DNA of 58,483 bases from Anaerolineae bacterium (lineage in GTDB: Bacteria > Chloroflexota > Anaerolineae > B4-G1), in the NCBI GenBank assembly GCA_034430655.1, contig DAOUEC010000120.1, positions 1-58,483 of the forward strand, in the 5' to 3' direction. The position numbers were made by a program, and so were the translations under genes. Positions 35,031 to 42,700 of this stretch are shown here, piece by piece. Below the pieces are notes generated by a model that was not told the DNA's origin, ran no database searches, and saw nothing but the letters and a program-made list of their open reading frames with translations. Every line of letters starts with the position of its first letter. Positions within the stretch are counted from its first letter, which is position 1.

Positions 35031-35531
35031 CTACCCGAATAATAGGAGTTGCTGTGGCATCCGCTCCCCCTCGACCGTCTTGCCATCGGGCTGGATGTGG
35101 AGCACGCGAACACCACGCGCAAGCAACGTCTGAGAAATGAGCAGGTGGCGGTGGCAGCGACGGTGGTCGCCCTCGCTGCACATCACAGCCACCTGTTCGG
35201 TGCGGGCCAGGTCGAGCAACTGGTCAATGCCAGCCTGGTACGTGGGCGTCTGCTCCACGCGCCGGTAGTTGGGCTGCTCCTGTCCAGGGTCATATAGGGC
35301 GGGATCGGATGGACGGCCGCCGAGGGCGTCACCCAGGTAGATATAGGCCACGCCAGCCACCTCCAGGTCGCGGACCAGCACCTCGCGGTTGAACTGCGGC
35401 GTCCAGCGGCTGTAGGGCTGGCTGCGCACGTCCACGACGAGAGTGATCCCGTGGCGACGCAGCAGAGCGATGAATGCTGCCAGGTCGTGGTCGCTGTGGC
35501 CGACAGTGTAAATCAGCGGGGCTTCGGACAT
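35031..35531 (-). CDS. DUF488-family protein (paralog 2)
   Basis: The ORF track starts at 35612. ATG 35531 follows GGAGGA (MSEAPLIYTVGHSDHDLAAFIALLRRHGITLVVDVRSQPYSR...VMCSEGDHRRCHRHLL). Confidence 0.75.
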   Translation of the reverse strand: MSEAPLIYTVGHSDHDLAAFIALLRRHGITLVVDVRSQPYSRWTPQFNREVLVRDLEVAGVAYIYLGDALGGRPSDPALYDPGQEQPNYRRVEQTPTYQAGIDQLLDLARTEQVAVMCSEGDHRRCHRHLLISQTLLARGVRVLHIQPDGKTVEGERMPQQLLLFG

Positions 35532-35572
35532 AGTCCCTCGTTCCATCCTCCAATAGTATAGCGAAATCTGTG

Positions 35573-35590
35573 CAAATGACAAATGACCAA
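35573..35590. repeat. Short heptamer repeat (reverse complement TTGGTCA TTTGTCA TTTG)
   Basis: CAAATGACAAATGACCAA in the divergent DUF488/mgsA spacer. The first 16 nt of its reverse complement (TTGGTCATTTGTCATT) are identical to the start of the array at 22415. Confidence 0.6.
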
Positions 35591-35717
35591 CAGAGCCCAG
35601 CCCAGAAGCCAATTGCCAACCGCCGACCGCTATCTGCTACCTGCCAACGGGTGACGGCTAACCACTGGCTTGACGGCATCCTACTTCGTGGTACACTTCA
35701 AAACCTCAGGAGGTGCT

Positions 35718-36092
35718 ATGCCAGAGAAAACCATTGCGCTGATCGCGCACGACGGCAAGAAGGCGGACATGGTCGCCTTCGCCACGTTCAACCGGGAGAA
35801 ATTGAGCGGCTTCAACCTGATCGCCACAGCCACGACCGGCCGCCTGTTGGTTGAAAAAGTGGGGCTTGACGTCGAGTGCCTGCTTTCGGGGCCACATGGA
35901 GGCGACGCACAGATCGCAGCCCGCGTGGTGCAGGGCGAAGTGGACGCTGTGTTCTTTTTCGTGGATCCGCTCGACAAGCACCCCCACGACCCCGACATCC
36001 AGACGCTGCTGCGCGCCTGCAACGTCCACAACGTGCCCATCGCGACCAACACCAACACAGCCGACCTGATCATATCCGACGAGTCACTGTGA
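35718..36092 (+). CDS. mgsA: Methylglyoxal synthase
   Basis: 124 aa from ATG 35718 (AGGAGG RBS). Contains IALIAHDGKKADMV, ATATTGRLL, SGPHGGDAQI and DPLDKHPHDPDIQTLLRACNVHNVP. Confidence 0.9.
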   Translation: MPEKTIALIAHDGKKADMVAFATFNREKLSGFNLIATATTGRLLVEKVGLDVECLLSGPHGGDAQIAARVVQGEVDAVFFFVDPLDKHPHDPDIQTLLRACNVHNVPIATNTNTADLIISDESL

Positions 36093-37363
36093 GCAAAGAC
36101 TCTGGCTCGTTGCCTCCGCACTACCGCTGGAACTTCGCCGCCTTCCTGGTGGACTACGTCTGCTTCGGGGTAGCGTTCGCTTTCATCAACCCCAACAGCG
36201 TGATGCCCGTGTTCGTTCGCCAATTGACCACTTCGGCTCCTGTGATCGGGCTGGTCGGTACGGTCTTCAACGGCGGTTGGCTGTTGCCCCAATTGGCAGT
36301 CGCCCGCCTGATCAACGACAAGCCGCGCAAGAAGCCGTATATGATCGCCGGGCTGGGTGGACGGACCTTGTTGTGGGTCATAGCACTGGCCTTGTGGGCC
36401 GGGCTGGCCCATCACCCCACGGCTATGCTGATCCTGTTCTTCGCCTGCCTGGGCCTCTTCACCGCCAGCGATGGAGTCGCCAGCGTGGCCTGGCTCGACA
36501 TCATGGCGCGGGCCATCCCGCTGAAGCAGCGGAGTCGCTTAATGGGGATAGGGCAGGTCATCAGCGGGTTGGCGGGGATCGGGGTAGGGGCGCTGGTAGG
36601 GCTGATCCTGGACCAGCGCCCTTTTCCCGACGACTACGCGCTGCTCTTCACACTGGCGGGCGTGGCCCTCATCCCCTCGGTGATCGCGCTGATCTTGATA
36701 CGGGAACCCCCGCCGGAGAACGTGAGCCCGGGGACAAATGATCGGGCAAAGGACCGCTGGCTGAAACTCCTGGTCACTCACCCCGCCTTTCGCCGCCTGA
36801 TGGTCTGTCGCATCCTGGTCGGCATGATGGGACTGGCAGTCCCATTCTACGTTGTACACGCGGCTGACGTGCTGCACCTGCCACAGAGCGCCGTCGGCGG
36901 CTTCGTAGTCGCCCAGACACTGGCAGGGGTGATCGCCAGCGCCGTGATGGGCCTGGTCAGTGAGCGCTGGGGGCCACAATACGTGGCCCGCATTGGGAGC
37001 GCGGCGGCCGTGACAGGGCCGCTTTTCGCACTGGCGGTGCACCTGGCGGGTGGCGGGTGGCTGGCCCAAGGCTATCCTTTCGTCTACGTATCACTAGGAG
37101 TTGTAAACAGCGCATGGATGCTGGGCTTCTTCAACTACCTGTTGGAGATCGCGCCGCAGGGGATGCGATCGGCCTACGTCGGCCTGGGCAACACCACGAT
37201 GGGGGTGCTGACATTGGTGCCGATGGCAGGCGGGTGGCTGCTGGAGGCAACCTCGTACTCCACGCTCTTTGGCGTGACGGCGGCCGCCGTGGCGGCCGGC
37301 TTCCTGCTTACCCTGGGACTGAAACCGCCTCAGCGAGCCGCGCCAGTGGAGGATCAACTGTGA
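36089..37363 (+). CDS. MFS transporter
   Basis: The ORF track starts at 35876, inside mgsA. I prefer GTG 36089, which overlaps the mgsA stop (GTGA). About 12 hydrophobic helices with MFS-like loops. Confidence 0.75.
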   Translation: MSKDSGSLPPHYRWNFAAFLVDYVCFGVAFAFINPNSVMPVFVRQLTTSAPVIGLVGTVFNGGWLLPQLAVARLINDKPRKKPYMIAGLGGRTLLWVIALALWAGLAHHPTAMLILFFACLGLFTASDGVASVAWLDIMARAIPLKQRSRLMGIGQVISGLAGIGVGALVGLILDQRPFPDDYALLFTLAGVALIPSVIALILIREPPPENVSPGTNDRAKDRWLKLLVTHPAFRRLMVCRILVGMMGLAVPFYVVHAADVLHLPQSAVGGFVVAQTLAGVIASAVMGLVSERWGPQYVARIGSAAAVTGPLFALAVHLAGGGWLAQGYPFVYVSLGVVNSAWMLGFFNYLLEIAPQGMRSAYVGLGNTTMGVLTLVPMAGGWLLEATSYSTLFGVTAAAVAAGFLLTLGLKPPQRAAPVEDQL

Positions 37364-38145
37364 GCGAGCGGCAGGACGATAGTACGGGTGCGGTCACCGC
37401 GCCCCCACGGATACGCACTGTGCTTCTGGCAGTACTGGTCATTGCCATCGGCGGGGCGCTGTGGTACTGGCACGAACCGCTATGGACTCTTTTCGGCGAT
37501 CAGGAGCGCATACGGGAATGGGTGGCGGGCTTCGGCCCGTGGGGCCCACTGGTCAGCATCGCGCTCAACGTGGCGCAGGTGCTGTTGGCGCCGATCCCGG
37601 GCCAATTCGTAGGGCTGGCGAACGGCTACCTGTACAGCGTATGGCTGGGCACCCTCTACAGCATGGTCGGGCTGCTGCTGGGGACGGCGCTGGCGATGGC
37701 CCTGGGACGGTGGTTTGGGCGGCCACTGGTCGAGCGGCTGGTGAACCCGGCAAAGTTGGCGCACTGGGACCGACTCGCCAGCCGCCAGGGGCCGCCGTTT
37801 TTCTTCCTCGTCTTCCTGTTCCCCTTCGTCCCCGACGACGTCGCCTGTTTCCTGATCGGCCTCAGCCCGCTCGCGATCCCGCGTATGGTCGTGCTGGCTA
37901 TGCTGGGGCGATTACCGGGCGTGTTCGTCTCCTGCTGGATGGGAATCTACGCGGCGGAGTTACCGTGGTGGGCATGGATCCCATTGGGCGGCGGAGCGGC
38001 CGGGCTGACGTGGGCCTTCTGGCACTATCAAGCACAGTTAGAGGCTGCAGTCGTGCGCCTCATCCAACAATTGGCAGGACAGCGTAGATCAAAGGCAGCG
38101 CCGGAACACTCCACAGCGAAGGAGGCACATTCAGCGCCTCCCTGA
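37360..38145 (+). CDS. TVP38/TMEM64 (DedA-related, SNARE-associated) family membrane protein
   Basis: GTG 37360 overlaps the MFS stop (GTGA). Contains LLAPIPGQFVGLANGYLYS, GRWFGRPLVERL and FPFVPDDVACFLIGLS. Confidence 0.75.
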   Translation: MSERQDDSTGAVTAPPRIRTVLLAVLVIAIGGALWYWHEPLWTLFGDQERIREWVAGFGPWGPLVSIALNVAQVLLAPIPGQFVGLANGYLYSVWLGTLYSMVGLLLGTALAMALGRWFGRPLVERLVNPAKLAHWDRLASRQGPPFFFLVFLFPFVPDDVACFLIGLSPLAIPRMVVLAMLGRLPGVFVSCWMGIYAAELPWWAWIPLGGGAAGLTWAFWHYQAQLEAAVVRLIQQLAGQRRSKAAPEHSTAKEAHSAPP

Positions 38146-38290
38146 GCAAGCCGCCGTTGTGCGAGAGAGTGGTGGGAGTGCCTGTGACTAGATGATGCGT
38201 GAGGGGGGCCAAAAAACAAAAAAACGCCCTATTTCGGGAAGTATCGTCCCCCAAAACGCGCGTTCTTGACCTCTTTGTGGGGCACCAGGC

Positions 38291-38325
38291 TGGGGGGACA
38301 AGGATTCGAACCTTGACTTACGGAT
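38291..38325 (-). pseudogene. tRNA 3-prime fragment (acceptor 3-prime strand, T arm, variable loop, 3-prime half of the anticodon stem); att-site-like scar
   Basis: Minus strand reads ATCCG-TAAGT-CAAGG-TTCGAAT-CCTTG-TCCCCCC-A. No complementary anticodon-stem 5-prime half, D arm or acceptor 5-prime strand can be found further upstream. Confidence 0.65.
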
Positions 38326-38336
38326 CCAAATAGTGC

Positions 38337-38365
38337 TTGACTATCTGGCGAAAGTAGTGTATAAT
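38337..38365 (+). promoter_or_regulatory. Near-consensus sigma70 promoter directly abutting the tRNA fragment
   Basis: TTGACT (38337-38342), 17 nt spacer, TATAAT (38360-38365). The next plus-strand CDS starts about 230 nt downstream. Confidence 0.5.
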
Positions 38366-38594
38366 AGATACAAGTCTTCATTGCCTCCAGATTACGTAGC
38401 ACTCCAATAAGTCGGATGCGATCGGACAACATGTAGGCGAAACTGATCTCGTCTTGAAAAGCTTGCTCAAATGCGTTCATAGTGCATGGATTCTACTACA
38501 GAGCCTGCTTTCAGTCGCATTTGCTCATTGGAACGGAGTTCGCTATGGTTTGTCTTGACAACCCGGGTATCAACATCCTAGGGGGAACGTGGCG

Positions 38595-39584
38595 ATGAGG
38601 AAAGCGCGATCTAGCCTGACAGTGGCCGTAATGGTTGCCGTACTTCTTGGCAGCGTGTCTGCTACTTATCCCCAGACCACAGCCGAAGACTGTCGCTATT
38701 TCGTCGAGACAGGCCATTACGTATGTGGCGAGTTCCTCGAATTCTACGAGACACGGGGGGAACTGGAGGTCTTCGGCTACCCTCTCACGGAAGCATTCGA
38801 CGATCCCACCCACGGGCTGCGCGTGCAGTACTTCCAGCGTGCCCGGATGGAGTGGTACCCGGACAACCCGGACCCCTACAGAGTGCAACTGGGGTTGCTG
38901 GTTGACGAACTGGGTTATCACTTTCCTCCAGTCCGCCCGGAACAGATTCCCGCCTCCAACAGTGCCCTCCACCACCACTTTCCCGAGACCGGCCACGTCG
39001 TCTCCTATGCCTTTCTCGATTACTTCCGCGCGAAGGGAGGGCTGGACATCTTCGGCTATCCCCGTTCCGAATTCATGTACGAAAGTGGATACATTATCCA
39101 GTACTTCCAACGGGTACGGATGGAGTGGCACCCTGAGGTCGTCTCCGACCCACAGATGCGCTTGACTAACCTGGGAGAGATTTACATCGAGCACTTCGGC
39201 ATTTCTGGGAATTATGATAAGCCGCTTCCGTCCCCCGCGCTGGGTGACCCTTACACGTCGACCTCAGGATCCTCAGTCACAGAACTATACATCAGCGCTT
39301 CGGTGCGATACGCCGTCACTGGGCGACAGGGTGTGCAGACAGTCTTCGTGTACGTGACGGACCAGTGGTGCCAGCCGGTTCAGGGGGCAGCCGTCAAGAT
39401 GACGGTTCATTACCAATCGAGCGACCAGCACTACGAGTTCAACCCCACCAACGCCAGCGGGTTCACGCGGCACGGTTTTGACATCTTGCTGTCACCACCG
39501 GGTCAGAAGGTGGTGATTGATGCGACGGTGACGTATGGCGACTTGACGGCCACGACGCAGACTCTCTTCCTGCCGTGGTGGTAG
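38595..39584 (+). CDS. Secreted repeat protein (two roughly 75-aa FGYP...QYFQR(A/V)RMEW modules plus a C-terminal Ig-like beta domain)
   Basis: Signal peptide MRKARSSLTVAVMVAVLLGSVSA. Internal repeat: ETGHYVCGEFLEFYETRGELEVFGYPLTEAF..VQYFQRARMEWYP versus ETGHVVSYAFLDYFRAKGGLDIFGYPRSEF..IQYFQRVRMEWHP. Preferred over the antisense 38511..39194 ORF. Confidence 0.65.
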   Translation: MRKARSSLTVAVMVAVLLGSVSATYPQTTAEDCRYFVETGHYVCGEFLEFYETRGELEVFGYPLTEAFDDPTHGLRVQYFQRARMEWYPDNPDPYRVQLGLLVDELGYHFPPVRPEQIPASNSALHHHFPETGHVVSYAFLDYFRAKGGLDIFGYPRSEFMYESGYIIQYFQRVRMEWHPEVVSDPQMRLTNLGEIYIEHFGISGNYDKPLPSPALGDPYTSTSGSSVTELYISASVRYAVTGRQGVQTVFVYVTDQWCQPVQGAAVKMTVHYQSSDQHYEFNPTNASGFTRHGFDILLSPPGQKVVIDATVTYGDLTATTQTLFLPWW

Positions 39585-39590
39585 AGTCAG

Positions 39591-39732
39591 TCAATAGGCA
39601 ACAAGCCCGCTCTCAAGCGGGTCCCTCTTACTCTCCACTGTAATCTCGTCGCCGTGCAGGCGGATCAGTTCCCGCGCGATGGCCAGTCCAGACCCACCTC
39701 CTGCTGCTCCATCTGCTTCCGACTGATCCGCC
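39591..39732 (-). pseudogene. Relic of a histidine-kinase C-terminus (HATPase_c G2 box onward)
   Basis: My translation gives ADQSEADGAAGGGSGLAIARELIRLHGDEITVESKRDPLESGLVAY*. There is no upstream kinase body; the fragment begins right after the stop of the 1425-aa gene. Confidence 0.6.
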
Positions 39733-39733
39733 C

Positions 39734-42700
39734 TTACGTACTAGCTTCTTCCCTGATCGCATTGAGGACGACAGGCTTGCCCTCCAACCCGAAGGACGCC
39801 TGATCGCCCACCGGCTCATAGCGATAGAACACCACGCCAGTGACCGGCCGTTCTTCGCGAAAGTAGCCAAGGGCCTCGTGCACCCACTCGGCGTTATCTG
39901 ACAGCCAACCAGTTGCACCTCGATTCGCCTCCAGACATTGAGGATTCAGTTCAGTAACGAAGACTGGCACTGAGCGGAATCTGTCTGGCACAACCGCTAA
40001 GACTGTCTCCACTGTCTTCAAATGCAGGTACTGCCAGGTCAAGGGGTTGTCCGTGAACCGGTCTCTTGACCGCACCTCGGCCGAGTCGTTGGTCTGCGTC
40101 TTAGCATGGAGGAACAACACGTCGGCGCCGGCGAGGTTGTCCAAGATATGCATCCACCAGTCTCGGTTATTTGAACTAGGACCGAAGTACGGGTCTATCG
40201 GCGGCGGTCCAATCTTGGCCCGACCGGCCACTCTCTGCCATATCTCGTTATAGATCTCGGTGACATAATCCGCCGTCAGCGCGAACTCGTCGTCAGTTCC
40301 GAACCCAGGCCACTCTTGACGATTGTTCGGCTCATTGCCAATGTGGAAATATTCTACTCCCCGGGCCGCTAATATGGTCTGCGCTACAGCATTGACAAAG
40401 AAGTCCTTGTTTTCTGGCCGCGGCAATGTCCCTGTGCCATCGGCGTAGCCCCAATTGAGACGGCAGATGACTGTGATCCCCGCATCTCGAAGACATCTGC
40501 AGTCAATTTGGACCGGTTGGCGTTGCACCATCCGATGCACTAAGCAACATCCCTCCATTCGCTGATTGGCCATCCATTCCCCTCCCCTCCTATCGTGTAG
40601 ACCGAGCAGTATCTTGCGCAGTGGGGATGGGGGGCCTTGAGGCTTGATGTGCGCTGCCCTGATCCCCACGTACTGGGCGGCGGCCTTTTCGTACCGTTTT
40701 CCATCCCACGTGTCAATGATGTGCAAGTTGTCTCCCTTAACGTCCTCCAGGTAGACGAAATGGCCCCCGTCCGCCCGCCTGAGGATGATCTCCCACCCAT
40801 TTCTGAGCAACCTCCCTAACTCACGAGCGGAGCGTTGCTTGTTGTCCTTGATGCTGTCGTCGAAGGCCGGGAACAAAGGGACCGCGCTGCCCCACACCAT
40901 AATGTTGTCGCTGACATAAGCCGCGCGGGCAGCTACCAGGAGCTTGTCGAGCAGCGGCGGCGTGACGTCTCGCTGGTAAACCTTGCGTAGCATGATGGCC
41001 AACCCGGTCAGGAAGCACCCGTAATGTCCGATGGTTTCTCCGTTTGCGTCGGGGTCCTCGCCAAAGTCGTAGTCCGCCCACTGTGGATCGGTTTGCCCTA
41101 AGGCGATGTCCTCACCCAGTATAGGCCGGAGCCTTGTCGCCATCTCCCAGGGACTCTCCGTTTCGATCGTCCTGTACTCAGCATTGGGGTAGTGTTCGTC
41201 ATACCACGCCTTCAGATCCTCGCCCCACTCCTTGGGATTGACAGCGATGATCTCCCGGTCTTGCGGTCCGACGCCAGCATCGTCGGCTGAGTGTCCAATC
41301 GTCTGCATCTCTTCAGAAGATCCGATGGCGGCGGCGATACGCCAATCAAGGCGCTCAATGGTGTCTTCGATCTGTGGCAAGAGTACATAGGTGCGCCTAT
41401 AGGGCTTTCTTGGTGGCACGCAGTCCGGCACAGCATCACTGCTCAGTGACTTGATTGATCCAGACGGAGGCCTCCGCTCCCTGACACGTGCCGCCCTTAT
41501 GCCCTTATACTCGGCGGCGGCTTTTTCTTTCCGTTCTCCGTCCCACGTGTCAATGATGTGCAAGACGTCTCCCTTGACTTCCTCCAGGTAGACGAAATGG
41601 CCTCCATCCGTCCGCCTGAGGATGATCTCCCACCCATCGCTCAGCAACCCCTCCAACTGACGAGCAGAGCGCTGCTCGTTGTCTTTGATGCTGTCATCGA
41701 AGGCCGGGAACAAAGGGAGCACGCTACCCCACACCATAATGTTGTCGCTGACATAAGCCGCGCGGGCAGCCACCAGGAGCTTGTCGAGCAGCGGCGGCGT
41801 GACGTCTCGCTGGTAAACCTTGCGTAGCATGATGGCCAACCCGGTCAGGAAACACCCATAACGTCCAATGCTTTCCTCGTCGGCGGGCTTGTCAGGATGC
41901 TCACCGAAGTCGTAGTCTGCCCATCGTGGATCGGTTTGCCCTAAGGCGATGTCCTCACCCAGTATAGGCAAGAGCCTTGTCGCCATCTCCCAGGGACTCT
42001 CCGTTTCGATCGTCCTGTACTCAGCATTGGGGTAGTGTTCGTCATACCACGCCTTCAGATCCTCACCCCACTCCTTGGGATTGACAGCGACGATCTCCCG
42101 GTCTTGCGGTCCGACGCCAGCATCGTCGGCTGAGTGTCCAATCGTCCGCATCTCTTCAGAAGATCCGATGGCGGCGGCGACACGCCAATCAAGGCGCTCA
42201 ATGGTGTCTTCGATCTGTGGCAAGAGTACATAGGTGCGCCTATAGGGCTCTCTTGGTGGCACGCAGTCCAACACCTTGGAACCGCCGCCGGTGTACTCAG
42301 AGTACTCGAATGATTCTGCGGGGTTGCCCCTTGCATATTGGATCAGCCTCTCCGCAACCGCTGTCCCGGCGACATCGAAGTCCTTCCAAGTTCCACCCCA
42401 GTTGCCCCAGGTGAAAAGCGTCATACCAACCACATAGTCGTCCTTGCGCAGCTCATTGTCGTACCAGACCAACTGCCGGAAGTAGTAGTCGGCCTTGTCA
42501 GGTTCATTGTCGTGCTCCTTCCAGTACTCGCCCAAGCCCTTCCAGGTTGCGGCCGGCGCTCCGGGAGGTTTCGGGTTCACCAGCGGGTCAATACCACACT
42601 CGGTGATGACCAACGGTACCTGTAGCTCGTTGGGTAGCAAGTACTGGCGGTAGACCTTGCGGTAGCGCAGCGTTGTCCAGCCCTCATCGCCCTGATCCTC

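Noticed and set aside
35681-36415. 244-aa minus-strand ORF
   Set aside because: It is antisense to mgsA and the MFS gene, both of which have strong motif support.
38288-38375. A complete tRNA gene on the minus strand
   Set aside because: The T arm and acceptor 3-prime strand are perfect. Upstream of ATCCG, however, there is no complementary CGGAT, no anticodon loop, no D arm and no acceptor 5-prime strand (GGGGGGA). Only a fragment is present.
38229-38480. 83-aa minus-strand ORF
   Set aside because: It reads through the tRNA 3-prime fragment and a consensus promoter. Its C-terminal half is simply the translated tRNA remnant.
38511-39194. 227-aa minus-strand ORF
   Set aside because: It overlaps the plus-strand secreted repeat protein, which has a signal peptide and an internal protein repeat. 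The minus-frame product has neither.
39604-39621. Bidirectional terminator hairpin (CCCGC-tctcaa-GCGGG) between the convergent genes
   Set aside because: The stem is only 5-6 bp and lies inside the kinase-relic reading frame (encoding DPLESGL), so it may be coincidental. I could not support it as a terminator.
39628-39918. 96-aa minus-strand ORF from the track
   Set aside because: It overlaps the 3-prime end of the 1425-aa gene in another frame, and its product is Arg/Ser/Trp-rich. The kinase-like signal in this interval is in a different frame and has no start codon.
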